Origin: a virus
IMG/VR virus record: IMGVR_UViG_3300031726_000003
Coordinates: 4,480-68,479 of that record
Reading direction: 5' to 3' (one strand)
DNA length: 64,000 nucleotides
The position numbers were made by a program, and so were the translations under genes. Under the pieces are notes generated by a model. The model saw only the letters and a list, made by a program, of their open reading frames with translations. It had not been told where the DNA came from and did not search any database. Positions 18,345 to 28,520 of this stretch are shown here, one piece after another (the first letter of the stretch is position 1; each line of letters begins with the position of its first letter).

Positions 18345-19304
18345 ATGCTTGACCTATACTATATGACCAACCAGAAGACCGACGTGCAGATATTCACCGG
18401 CACTACTGCGGCGTTCGGGTCGCAATTCACACTGTGGTTCAAGCCTCGCGGCAAATTTTCTGTACTGAATATAATCTGCATCGGAGGCGGAGGCGGAGGC
18501 GGGGGTGGGTTCGTGGGCGCGGCATCAGCCGCAGGAGGCGGCGCTGGAGGAGGTTCTGCCGCGCAGTTCTTCGGTACATTCCCACTATGGATGCTCCCCG
18601 ACGTACTGTATATACAGCCCGGAGCGTGGGGGATTGGGGGGACTGGGTCTGGGGTAGCAGGCGCCGCTGGGGGGACATCATATGTAGCATTGGCCCCCAC
18701 CACGTCAGGGTCTATTATTGCTCAAGGGTCTGGAGGGCAGGGGGGTAACGCGGGGGCAGCATCCGGCGCAGCTACTGGAGGAGTGGCGGGGGCGGTAACT
18801 ACCATAGCCACCACTATAGGCGCGTTTCTGTCTGGATACTACGTTACCAACACATCCCTCATAGGAGTAGGCGGTGGGAACGGAGGAACCGCTACAACCG
18901 CAGGCGCAGGGGCGACTCCGGGGTCGTCCACAGGCGGGCAGTGCTGCGCACCGGGAGCGGGCGGCGGGGCGGTGGGAACTACCGGTAACGGGGGTAACGG
19001 AGGGTCGCCTTCTGCCGGCGCTCAGTTACTTTTCCCGCCGGCTGGAGGTATAGCTGGAGGCGCGGGGGCTGGGGGTAGTGGGAACCCCGGATTCGCATAC
19101 ACAAGCCTGTTGGGAGCTGGGTTCATGAATACAGGAGGAGGAGGAGGGGCAGGGTCTGGATTCAATTCCGCCACCTCCGGTGGAGCGGGTGGACAGGGAG
19201 CTTTCGGCGCCGGTGGAGGAGGAGGAGGGGCATGCTTTACCGGGGGAGTAGGCGGAGCCGGAGGCCACGGCGGAAGTGGTATAATCATCATGACTTGCTC
19301 GTGA
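18345..19304 (+). CDS. Glycine-rich adhesin/fibre protein, paralogue 3
   Basis: Same motif order as paralogues 1 and 2. Confidence 0.8.
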   Translation: MLDLYYMTNQKTDVQIFTGTTAAFGSQFTLWFKPRGKFSVLNIICIGGGGGGGGGFVGAASAAGGGAGGGSAAQFFGTFPLWMLPDVLYIQPGAWGIGGTGSGVAGAAGGTSYVALAPTTSGSIIAQGSGGQGGNAGAASGAATGGVAGAVTTIATTIGAFLSGYYVTNTSLIGVGGGNGGTATTAGAGATPGSSTGGQCCAPGAGGGAVGTTGNGGNGGSPSAGAQLLFPPAGGIAGGAGAGGSGNPGFAYTSLLGAGFMNTGGGGGAGSGFNSATSGGAGGQGAFGAGGGGGGACFTGGVGGAGGHGGSGIIIMTCS

Positions 19305-19311
19305 GGACAAT

Positions 19312-20574
19312 ATGCTAGGTTTCAACCCGATAGCAGCGTTACCTATAGCGACAGCACCTTCGGCGTCGGGGCCGAGCACGCAGACTCTTACGCAGTCTGC
19401 GATATTCGCGAACAGCAGTACGTTTTACACCCACGCGTTAGCTGGGTCGGCGCAGACGCTCACACAATCTGCCATCCATGCGAACAGCAGCACGTTCTAC
19501 ACACACCTGTTAACTCCGGGCGTCCGTACACTTACTCAATCTGCAATCTTCGGCAATGCGCAGACGTACTATACGCACGCGCTGGCGACGACCTCCTCCC
19601 TCACTGCGTCTACGATGTTCGCCAACGCGCAGACATATTACACGCATGTATTGAGCCAAGTAGGAGCGCAGACGCTCACACAGACGTCGACATTCACGGC
19701 CAGCCAGTCATACTACACGCATGTATTGTTGGCTACCGTCGCTATGCCGCAGTCGGCCATATTTGCGAACAGCAATACATTCTACACGCACGTGCTGGGC
19801 GTGGTCAGTCAGCTAACACAGTCTTCGATGTTCGCGAACAGCAACACGTTTTACACGCACGCGCTATCGGTAGGGGCGGTGACGCTCACTCCGACTTCGA
19901 TGTTTGCCAACGCGCAGACATACTATACGCACGTGCTGTCTCTGCTCGGAGGGCCGCAGACGCTCACTTCGACGACTATGTTTGCGAACGCGCAGTCGTT
20001 CTATACCCAGACTATAAGCACGACTCTTACGCTCACTCCGACGACTATGTTTGCGAACGCGCAGACGTATTACACGCATGTGCTGATACCGCCGCCTAGA
20101 ACTCTTACACAGTCCGCTATCTTTGCGAACACGCAGACGTTCTACACTCACGCGCTATCTGTCGGGGCCGCGTCGCTCACGCAGTCTTCGCTATTCGCGA
20201 ACAGCAACACGTTCTACACGCACGTTATTGGGACGTCGGGGGCAGCGCAGACACTTACGCAATCTGCGCGGTTCAATAGCTCCAACACGCTGAACTACCA
20301 GCATGTGCTGCAAGCCTCCAATGCGCTCGTCCAGTCAGCCATATACGCGAATGGCAACACGTTCTACACGCATTCACTGACCGTCGCTGCGGCTACGCTC
20401 GTGCAGTCGAGCAGGTTTAGCAACGTCAATGATTTCTACGTGCACGTTATTGGTGGGGGGATCATAAGCCATGTTTATGTGCCGCCGTCGATTGTGCTCA
20501 CCACCACTCATAAAACCGCCGTACTTGCGAGCCGCATGAGCAGGATAGATGTCTTGCCGAACGACCTGTTCTGA
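19312..20574 (+). CDS. Tandem-repeat fibre protein (15 repeats of about 23-26 aa, LTQSxxFANxxT(F/Y)YTH)
   Basis: Repeats counted in the translation; MLGFNPIAALPIA N-terminus. Confidence 0.8.
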   Translation: MLGFNPIAALPIATAPSASGPSTQTLTQSAIFANSSTFYTHALAGSAQTLTQSAIHANSSTFYTHLLTPGVRTLTQSAIFGNAQTYYTHALATTSSLTASTMFANAQTYYTHVLSQVGAQTLTQTSTFTASQSYYTHVLLATVAMPQSAIFANSNTFYTHVLGVVSQLTQSSMFANSNTFYTHALSVGAVTLTPTSMFANAQTYYTHVLSLLGGPQTLTSTTMFANAQSFYTQTISTTLTLTPTTMFANAQTYYTHVLIPPPRTLTQSAIFANTQTFYTHALSVGAASLTQSSLFANSNTFYTHVIGTSGAAQTLTQSARFNSSNTLNYQHVLQASNALVQSAIYANGNTFYTHSLTVAAATLVQSSRFSNVNDFYVHVIGGGIISHVYVPPSIVLTTTHKTAVLASRMSRIDVLPNDLF

Positions 20575-20614
20575 CATACTATAATCGAGGCAGCGCACTC
20601 TTGGAGATACCGAA

Positions 20615-21217
20615 ATGGCGAAAAAGGAAGACATAGTTATCACGCAAGGCAAGACCTATATGCACGAGGTCAGGTGGCAAACAACGCCCATTGTCTACAA
20701 GCCGATCACCGGTATAACCAGAGCAGCACCATGCGTAGTGACCGCTGCTGCTCATGGGGTACCTGATGGCTGGCCGGTAGCCATAGTCTCCGCGTCCGGG
20801 ATGACGCAGATCAACGCCCGTACTCCGCCGAAGGACCACGAATACAAGACCGCGACGGTACTGACTACTAACACTATCGAGCTGAATGATGTGAACTCGG
20901 CGGCGTATACCGCCTATACCAGCGGCGGGTATGTTCAGTATTACACCCCGCATGAATTGGCTGGATATACCGCGCTTCTGGTAGTAAAAACAAAGGTTGG
21001 GGGCACAGAGCTATTGCGCTTGACCAGCGCCACAAGTGCCATCGTTATCGACGATGCAAAGAAATGCATCACGGTCCGCATCGACGCTGTTATAACGGCA
21101 GCGTGGACGTGGACACGTGGGGTGTATGAGCTGGAGTTACACTCATCCAGTGAAGAAGTGACCGCCATCTTGCATGGCACGATAAGTGTAACCGCTGAAA
21201 TCGCAACCACCACATAG
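20615..21217 (+). CDS. Tail/fibre attachment protein
   Basis: ITGITRAAPCVVTAAAHG...GMTQIN insert inside a beta-sandwich (GVYELEL). Confidence 0.7.
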   Translation: MAKKEDIVITQGKTYMHEVRWQTTPIVYKPITGITRAAPCVVTAAAHGVPDGWPVAIVSASGMTQINARTPPKDHEYKTATVLTTNTIELNDVNSAAYTAYTSGGYVQYYTPHELAGYTALLVVKTKVGGTELLRLTSATSAIVIDDAKKCITVRIDAVITAAWTWTRGVYELELHSSSEEVTAILHGTISVTAEIATTT

Positions 21218-21226
21218 GAGATCAAC

Positions 21227-21715
21227 ATGGCTGCAATGTCTGACTATCTGGAGAACAAGCTGATCGACCACATCTTCCGTGGTGTGTCGTTCACTGCTCC
21301 GTCCAACCTGTATGTCGCACTGCTGACTGCGAACCCGACTGACGCTAATACGTCCGGCGGCAACGAGCTTGGCACCACGACTCCGAACAACTATGCGCGC
21401 GTCAACATCGCGGCCAATACTACCAACTGGGCATCCACCGGTGGCGCGACTACTACGACCAATCCGTCGGCTGGTACTTCAGGCACCACCTCGAACAACG
21501 GCGTTGTTCAGTTCAACACCCCGTCCGGTAACTGGTTTAACGGCGCGGGTCCATCTGCGTCCACGATCACTTACTTTGGTATCTACGATAGCGCGACTAT
21601 CGGCGGGGGAAACCTTCTATTCTACGGTGCGCTCACGAATTCGAAGACTGTGAACAATGGGGACGCTGGCCCGTCGTTCGCTATCAGTGCGCTGTCTATC
21701 CAGATAGACAACTAA
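21227..21715 (+). CDS. Small beta-sandwich tail-fibre subunit
   Basis: MSDYLENKLIDHIFRG...YARV...FGIYDSA..GGNLLFYGAL motif typical of this phage family. Confidence 0.8.
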   Translation: MAAMSDYLENKLIDHIFRGVSFTAPSNLYVALLTANPTDANTSGGNELGTTTPNNYARVNIAANTTNWASTGGATTTTNPSAGTSGTTSNNGVVQFNTPSGNWFNGAGPSASTITYFGIYDSATIGGGNLLFYGALTNSKTVNNGDAGPSFAISALSIQIDN

Positions 21716-21727
21716 CAAGGTAGCGGC

Positions 21728-24700
21728 ATGGCCGCGTTTCTTCTAGCGTCGTCAGTACGCGCTGCAAGCACCGCCTCGGTAACTAGACTCACGCAGTCTC
21801 AGCCGAGGCTCGCTGCGTCTGTTGTCTGCATCCCATCCGCTTCATACGCCCAGCCGGGAGCTATCTCGGCTGCGGTCACGTGTGTCTGCACGGCGGGGAC
21901 TTATAACGCGGTTAGTTGGACCACATTCGAGGATGTTAACGTACTACCATCGGTCATAGGGAATGGATACGAGGTAAGGCTCAACTACTTCGGCGGTACT
22001 CGATACATGGAGTACAGAGCTATCGGGGGTACAACATGGACGGCGGCTACCGTCGTATGCGATACGGTGCTGTTCTTCAAAGGGATGTTCGTATTACTCA
22101 GGGTATACGACTATTGGGACTTTGCGCTTAACGCATATAGGTACGGGCTGATGTCGTGGACATCTGCAAGTACGCCTGCTGAGTTTACGTCCCCCGCACG
22201 AGCATATACCGGGCGCGAATTCAACGGGGGCAATGCGTTCTCTTATTTTACAGATGCCGCCGTGCTCGGCGGAGAGATGGTGGTCATGTCCGGGCGCTCG
22301 GTGGCGCGTAGCAGTGATGGCATGAACTGGACGCAGTACATGGTGCCGGCTACTGGCAACAGCTATCTGACCGCTAATCGTCAGCGGTTGTTCACAGATG
22401 CGTTATGGGGGCACTCGCTGACAGGGGCCGCTAGGGCGTTGGTCTCCGCGAACAGGGGGTCATCGTGGACTGAGATCACACTCCCAACTGGAGATTCCGT
22501 GATTGACTACGCCGCGAACGGCACGCACGCTGTGTACATTGTGCTCAACGCTGGGGCATCGTATGTCAGGGTCACGACGGATAGAGGAGCGACGTGGACG
22601 TCGTCACAGGTACCGAACTCATCTACGTACTGGTACAACGGCGGATCGTACGCGGGCATAGACGACAAAGGGCGAGTATACACACTGTGGAGTGACCAGT
22701 ACGACGACGCTCAGGTCGCGCTGTATTACTCAGACGACTATACGAATTGGACGAACATCCCGATCGGCATAACCGGGGTCAATGTAGTACCGGGGCAGGG
22801 GGTCATGTTCTTTAACGGGGCTAACGTCGTCATAGCGTATCGGGGGGGTATGAAATGTCGACTGGATGTGGGTACCGTTACAGCGACAGCAGCTCTCACC
22901 ACGAAGGATTACAGGCTGGACGCGGCGGCGGTATGTGTGTGCTCTACTGTATACGGCGGAGCTACTAGGGTAAGTGCGATACCCCCCGCTTACGGCGATA
23001 CATATTCCCCTTCAGACCTTCTCCCAGACGGGTCAATGCATTCTACCTCGCTGCTATCCGAAGGCATAGGTACTACGCCGTTCCGCATATTAAGCGTTGT
23101 TAACGACGGGGAGTATGTTACCTGCGATCAGGACGGAACAGTGATAAGAACTGACGGGGTAGTAGTGTCGTCCATGCAGCTCCCCCAGATCGGTATTGAT
23201 GGGTATTCGTACAACATAGAGTATCTAGTGAAGCTCGGCGATATGCACGTAGCATTTAGCAGATTCAACGTGCTGATCTCCACGGACAACTGTGCTACGT
23301 GGACTCACGCAATAGCGCCTACGCGTATATACTCCGCCGTATCCACAGGGACGTATTTGGCTATACCGAGCGGCAGTGGGCTTCTCGTGACTACCGACGG
23401 GGTTAACTGGACGTCACGATCAACCCCGTCCAGTGATGGTATTAGTAGCAGACTCGCTGCAACGAAGAATGCACTATTCGTCAGCGACACGGCTCATGTA
23501 TACAGGTCGTTAGACGGCGGAGTTACGTGGACGCAGGTGTTCACTGCCAACACGAACCTATTATCTACAGGGCGATCCTACCAAGACATAGTGTTCGCGG
23601 GGCCGTCTAACGATAGTTATAACTATAGTTACACGTCGATATACTACTCGCTGGACGACGGAACCACCTACACGGAAGTCCGTATGCCATACACGAGTAT
23701 GGTGCCCCAATTCAGGTCGATAGACCGCAGTACCGGGCAGTACATCGCAAAGTCACACGGCGCAGAGGTGTTCACCTTCTCCGGGGCACCGTCGGCAATA
23801 CAACTTAACACAGCTCCGAACAATATTCTAAATGGTAGTGCGATTGTATCTATCGCTGTGTCTGAAGGGGCGAGTACAACCTTTACAGAGCTAACTCCCG
23901 GACCATATTACCCCTCGTCATCAGCTTACGACGGGGCATATTACTTCCTGATGGAGGCGTCGGATGCGCTGGGCGTCATTCAAGACTGGAGGTCTGTGGA
24001 TGGCGTAACATGGACTGCCTTTAGAGCCAGCCGAATGAACTCAGTCGCGATGGGGTTCTTGGGTAACCTGTATGTCATCGAGCACATTGGGAGTACGAAT
24101 CCAGCCTCGCTAACGGTTTCAACGGATCACGGTGTGACGTCTAGCGACGTTACACCGGCAGGCATGGTGATTGGGACTAACCCTTGGCTGAGTATGTACG
24201 CGTACGATGACGCGTTATACGTGTGGGAGTATACCAGCGCCGGGCAGCGTTGGAAGACGACAGACGGTAGTGTATGGACACTTGTGGATTCAGCCAATCC
24301 GGGCTTTGCATCTGCGTCAACCGTCGTAGTAAGAGGATGCTACTTATACGCTGCGAACCAATCCCGGCCATCCTTTTATGTGAGCGGGGATAACGGAGCA
24401 TCATGGACAGCGAGTAATCCGCCGGGCTGGGCTATCTTCGGGGATGATGGAGTAGTGTTAGCCCTCGTCAGTAACAACCCCATATACGTGTACAGAAGTG
24501 ACGACTACGGGGCACATTTCTATCTTGTGTCAACTGTGCCGGGGACCTTTGGATATAGAGGATATGCGGCGGGGGTGTTCGTACTATCTGTGTTGTCAGG
24601 TAGCGTTTACTCTATGTACTATTCTACCAATAACGGAGATACATGGACGAAGAGGTACAACGGGGGCGAAGCATTGGCAGCTCTGGTGTTCGATCTCGGA

Positions 24701-25984
24701 GGTAAGTGCTATGCCGTGGGGGTACCTACCTACTCACCTAGTCTGTTGATCGACGGCGAGAAGACAAGCATTGCTCTGCTAGAGTTTCACGCATACCTGA
24801 CGAGCACAGTGACCTGTGTATCCTCCGCCAGCGCAACCTTTTCGGATGGGTATGCTAACTGCGTGTGCACGGTGCCGGCAGTAAATCTGCAACTGCCGGT
24901 AAAGTTTATCGCGTCTGTGGCTATCAGCTTCGACGTGTGGGCGTGGCTTAGAACACAGAGCGCGTTGTATGGGAGTGGAGTGGCGTTATCCACAGCAAGT
25001 CTGTCGCGCGGGTGGTTCCTGCACGAGACCCTCACCGCTGTCAGCGCTGCCACAGCCTCCCTCAAGAAGACGCACGATTTAACAGCGCCGATGCTGGTAT
25101 GCGTGTCATCGATGCGGGATAACGCTAGACTGGTGGCGAGCATACAGAACATACCGTTCGTGTGGCCGGCGGCTCTCACCACGAAGGGGCACACTTACCT
25201 AGCTGCTGCAGCGCAAGGCGTCTCTACTGCCAGTGCTCCGCTCGCGTTCCACACCACGCTTATAGCGGACGACGTGTGCTATGACGGCGCGTGGATAGTG
25301 GGGGCAACTCTCACTGCTCGTATAGCTCTTGCGAGTACAGCGTCTTGTACACAGGCGATAAGCACGCCCAGCCTACTGACCGCAATACAGCTAGAAGGCA
25401 CGGCCATCGCGGCTTCTAGCGGCCCTGCGGCTGCACTTACCTCTGCCATCAGTCTGACAGCGTCCGTGACGGGCGGCGCAATATCTACCGCAATACTCTC
25501 GCACGACGAGCTGCGGTCAGCGCAGGCTGTCGTAACCCTCGCCACCGGCGACCTGACGCACATCATACGACTCAGCGATGTAGCGGTCATGGAATCCGCA
25601 GCTACAGGCGAGTTAACCGCATATATCAATCTGGCGGCAGTAGCTCAGACGGTAGTGACCGCCAGCGGGGCGGCAGCGGTCAGGTCCACGATGGAGGCTA
25701 TAGTCAGCGCGAATAGCACGGCGATGGCTACGCTTCGCGTGATTATCACCCTGCAGGCCGGCTGTGCTGCGGGGGGTACGGCAACCGGCGATCTCAGCAG
25801 CGCGGTGCGTCTGTCCGGCACCGCGCTTGTGTATGCAAGTGTGCTCGAAGCGCTGATTGCTACACATTACCCCGACGAGGCGGTCTATAAGTCATACGTC
25901 AGTGTGCTGCTCACACCGTCTAACACGGTGTACACTACCACGAACAGAACCGACGTATTTGTCGCATCAAAGAAGGCAGCATAG
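21728..25984 (+). CDS. Large receptor-binding/fibre protein with Asp-box (BNR) propeller modules and Ala-rich repeats
   Basis: About 14 SxDxGxTW-like motifs; Ala-rich segments at N- and C-termini. Confidence 0.82.
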   Translation: MAAFLLASSVRAASTASVTRLTQSQPRLAASVVCIPSASYAQPGAISAAVTCVCTAGTYNAVSWTTFEDVNVLPSVIGNGYEVRLNYFGGTRYMEYRAIGGTTWTAATVVCDTVLFFKGMFVLLRVYDYWDFALNAYRYGLMSWTSASTPAEFTSPARAYTGREFNGGNAFSYFTDAAVLGGEMVVMSGRSVARSSDGMNWTQYMVPATGNSYLTANRQRLFTDALWGHSLTGAARALVSANRGSSWTEITLPTGDSVIDYAANGTHAVYIVLNAGASYVRVTTDRGATWTSSQVPNSSTYWYNGGSYAGIDDKGRVYTLWSDQYDDAQVALYYSDDYTNWTNIPIGITGVNVVPGQGVMFFNGANVVIAYRGGMKCRLDVGTVTATAALTTKDYRLDAAAVCVCSTVYGGATRVSAIPPAYGDTYSPSDLLPDGSMHSTSLLSEGIGTTPFRILSVVNDGEYVTCDQDGTVIRTDGVVVSSMQLPQIGIDGYSYNIEYLVKLGDMHVAFSRFNVLISTDNCATWTHAIAPTRIYSAVSTGTYLAIPSGSGLLVTTDGVNWTSRSTPSSDGISSRLAATKNALFVSDTAHVYRSLDGGVTWTQVFTANTNLLSTGRSYQDIVFAGPSNDSYNYSYTSIYYSLDDGTTYTEVRMPYTSMVPQFRSIDRSTGQYIAKSHGAEVFTFSGAPSAIQLNTAPNNILNGSAIVSIAVSEGASTTFTELTPGPYYPSSSAYDGAYYFLMEASDALGVIQDWRSVDGVTWTAFRASRMNSVAMGFLGNLYVIEHIGSTNPASLTVSTDHGVTSSDVTPAGMVIGTNPWLSMYAYDDALYVWEYTSAGQRWKTTDGSVWTLVDSANPGFASASTVVVRGCYLYAANQSRPSFYVSGDNGASWTASNPPGWAIFGDDGVVLALVSNNPIYVYRSDDYGAHFYLVSTVPGTFGYRGYAAGVFVLSVLSGSVYSMYYSTNNGDTWTKRYNGGEALAALVFDLGGKCYAVGVPTYSPSLLIDGEKTSIALLEFHAYLTSTVTCVSSASATFSDGYANCVCTVPAVNLQLPVKFIASVAISFDVWAWLRTQSALYGSGVALSTASLSRGWFLHETLTAVSAATASLKKTHDLTAPMLVCVSSMRDNARLVASIQNIPFVWPAALTTKGHTYLAAAAQGVSTASAPLAFHTTLIADDVCYDGAWIVGATLTARIALASTASCTQAISTPSLLTAIQLEGTAIAASSGPAAALTSAISLTASVTGGAISTAILSHDELRSAQAVVTLATGDLTHIIRLSDVAVMESAATGELTAYINLAAVAQTVVTASGAAAVRSTMEAIVSANSTAMATLRVIITLQAGCAAGGTATGDLSSAVRLSGTALVYASVLEALIATHYPDEAVYKSYVSVLLTPSNTVYTTTNRTDVFVASKKAA

Positions 25985-25992
25985 GAGAAATC

Positions 25993-27177
25993 ATGGCTCT
26001 CAAGGATGTATCATTCAGCGTGGTAAAAGGTGTACGCAACGACGTGGACCTGAACCGCTTCGCACATGCAGACCTATCGGCAGGCATGAACATTGATCTA
26101 GACGAGACGGGCCGGTTGATACGGCGCGGCGGTATCGCCCAGATAGAATCCACGGCGTCGCATAGCCTGTGGTCGAACGGCACAAAGGCGTATCTGGTGG
26201 CTGGCAACACGATGTACTACATAGATCAGTCACTCAACCGGTGGCCGGTACGCGACATGAACATGACGCGCGTGCGATACGCCGAGATAAACAATGTAGT
26301 GTACTGGACGGATGGATTAGAGACAGGGCAGATCGTAGGTAACACACGCTCCACCCGGTTAGGGATAGCGCCCCCGCTGCAGCTATCGGCCACCGTGATC
26401 CCCGGCGCACTCAGGGCTGGCCGGTATATGTTCACCATGACTTATGCACGTGTCAACGGGGAAGAGAGCGGCGCGCCTATTTGCGGAGAGATCGTTCTCC
26501 CGGTAGACGGAGGGATACAGTTGGACCTCCCGACGTCCAGTGACACCTCGGTATACGAGAAACGAATATACCTGACGGCGTGGAACGGAGAGACTCCGTA
26601 TCTGGCCGGAACAGTGCTAAATGCCGTCCCCACGGCGAGCTTTGCGGACATGCCGGAGTTGGGCGCAGCAGTGCGTACACAGTTCATGACCGACGCTCCT
26701 CCGGGCGTTATAATCAGATACTATGCGGGCCGCTTGTGGATTGCTTACGGGAATTATATATGGTACAGTCAACCGTATGAATACGGTCTTTTTGACCGGC
26801 GGTCCGGGTTTCTTGGATTTGACGCTGAGGTGCGGACGATCAGTGTAGTTGCTGACGGTATCTTCGTAGGAACGAGTGAAGAGACTTACTGGTTGAGCGG
26901 CACCGACCCTACGCAGATGCAGCTTCAACGCGTCGCGGATTACGGCACTATCCTTGGCACCGAGACCTCCGTGCAAGGGTTGTATTTAACTTCGGACGGT
27001 CTGCCCGGTCAAGTCGCATGCTGGTATAGCAACAAAGGCATGTGTATTGGCATGACAGGAGGCCAGATGAAGAATATGACAGGGGGGCGGTACATTCCTC
27101 CATCAGCTACAGAAGGGTCAGCTCTTCTGAAGATACGTGGTGGGACACCTCAACTCGTTTTTTCTCTGGAGACTTGA
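25993..27177 (+). CDS. Putative tail nozzle / stabilisation protein
   Basis: NIDLDETGRLIRRGG N-terminal motif, GRLWIA, IWYSQP propeller-like strands. Confidence 0.65.
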   Translation: MALKDVSFSVVKGVRNDVDLNRFAHADLSAGMNIDLDETGRLIRRGGIAQIESTASHSLWSNGTKAYLVAGNTMYYIDQSLNRWPVRDMNMTRVRYAEINNVVYWTDGLETGQIVGNTRSTRLGIAPPLQLSATVIPGALRAGRYMFTMTYARVNGEESGAPICGEIVLPVDGGIQLDLPTSSDTSVYEKRIYLTAWNGETPYLAGTVLNAVPTASFADMPELGAAVRTQFMTDAPPGVIIRYYAGRLWIAYGNYIWYSQPYEYGLFDRRSGFLGFDAEVRTISVVADGIFVGTSEETYWLSGTDPTQMQLQRVADYGTILGTETSVQGLYLTSDGLPGQVACWYSNKGMCIGMTGGQMKNMTGGRYIPPSATEGSALLKIRGGTPQLVFSLET

Positions 27178-27178
27178 T

Positions 27179-27940
27179 ATGCGACTTTCAACTGGGCTGG
27201 TAAATAAACTGATGGATACGGGGTCTTTCCGTGACATCTTCTCTAATTTCGTTCTGGATGTATATTCCGGCTCGCAACCCGCGCTGCCAGACAATGCTCC
27301 AAGCGGTACGATGTTGTGTACCGTAACTCTGAACGGCAACTCGTACACCCCCGAAACACGCTCCACCGGCACAATGACTCTTACTGGGGGTGCCTCCGGC
27401 ACTGTCAATACAGTCACCGTCAACAGCGTGGACATCCTCGGTGCGGCAGTGAGCTACACGTCTGATCTGACCACTACTGCTGCTGCGGTGGTTGCCCAGA
27501 TAAACCTGAACCCCGCCAACAAGTTGTACGTGGCATCCAACGTCGGCGCGATCATCACTATAACCGCCGTCGCCGGCCTCGGCACACTCCCCAACACCTA
27601 CGCCATTGCTGGCTCGTTGACCACTATTACTGCCAGCTATGCGGCAATGTCTGGCGGGGTTACCGCAGTCAATGGATTGAACTTCGGTTCCGCCGTCGCT
27701 GGTGTCATCAGTAAGCCGGTATCCGCTACTTGGCAGGGCACCGTCGCTGTCACTGGCACTGCCGGCTGGTTCCGCGTTCGTGAAGCAGGCGATGCAGGTT
27801 CTACTTACTCCGCGACTGCGTGTCGTGTAGACGGTAGCATCGGCACCAGCGGCGCTGACATGAACCTCGGCGCACTTGGCTTGACTCTCGGCGCACCATT
27901 CCAAGTACCGACGGCATCGTTTGCTCTAGCACAACAGTAA
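27179..27940 (+). CDS. Virion structural protein (beta-sandwich fibre subunit with insert)
   Basis: MRLSTGL...YSGSQPA...GTAGWFR...RVDGSIGTSGADM motifs. Confidence 0.75.
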   Translation: MRLSTGLVNKLMDTGSFRDIFSNFVLDVYSGSQPALPDNAPSGTMLCTVTLNGNSYTPETRSTGTMTLTGGASGTVNTVTVNSVDILGAAVSYTSDLTTTAAAVVAQINLNPANKLYVASNVGAIITITAVAGLGTLPNTYAIAGSLTTITASYAAMSGGVTAVNGLNFGSAVAGVISKPVSATWQGTVAVTGTAGWFRVREAGDAGSTYSATACRVDGSIGTSGADMNLGALGLTLGAPFQVPTASFALAQQ

Positions 27941-27947
27941 GCTCTAT

Positions 27948-28520
27948 ATGAGCAACATGATCGACGTATCACTGCCGATCCCATCGGCGAGCTTCACCGG
28001 CCTGAACAATGGCGCCGGGATGCTCGCCGCTTCGTTTAGTAGCGCCCTTCTAACTGCCGCCCTCACTGGCACGCCTTGGCTGGCTGGTACGTTCGACGCG
28101 GTGATGCCGCCCCTCTCCATGTACTCGGAGGGTGGGCAGTTTGAGCTGGCGCCTACGATTACGATGGCGCACAGTGCGGCGTTCACAGCGGTTGTTGCCC
28201 CGGACTGCTATGTATATGCGCTCATGCCGCGCATCGTACCGAGCATCGTCGGGGTGGGCACAGTGTTGGGGCCGATCAGCGCGCGGGTCAAGGTGCTGAC
28301 AGGGAGCTTCTCCCCGCTGACCGCTGCGCCCGGTATTCTTGCGGGGCATCTCAGACTGAGGCAGATGCAGTTCAGTGCGATGCAGGGAAAGCTCGCATAC
28401 ATCAGCGCTGACATGCCAAGCATTACCGTGGCGGCGCAGTCGTGGGTCACGTCTTATGCTGTGCCAAGTTCCGTACTCCCGCGCTTCACTGCTGACATCA
28501 GCGGGAGAAAACCGCTATGA
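27948..28520 (+). CDS. Hydrophobic repeat-like structural protein
   Basis: 190-aa ORF with periodic (L/M)P motifs. Confidence 0.6.
   Translation: MSNMIDVSLPIPSASFTGLNNGAGMLAASFSSALLTAALTGTPWLAGTFDAVMPPLSMYSEGGQFELAPTITMAHSAAFTAVVAPDCYVYALMPRIVPSIVGVGTVLGPISARVKVLTGSFSPLTAAPGILAGHLRLRQMQFSAMQGKLAYISADMPSITVAAQSWVTSYAVPSSVLPRFTADISGRKPL

Noticed and set aside
16519-19379. Minus-strand Pro-rich ORFs
   Set aside because: Antisense shadows of the Gly-rich genes (GGN codons read as CCN/NCC)
20554-20585. Sigma70 promoter before 20615 (TTGCCG...TATAAT)
   Set aside because: Spacer is 20 nt and there is no extended -10, so it is not well supported
15047-25984. Diversity-generating retroelement acting on the fibre genes
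   Set aside because: No reverse transcriptase in the window and no template/variable repeat pair differing only at adenines
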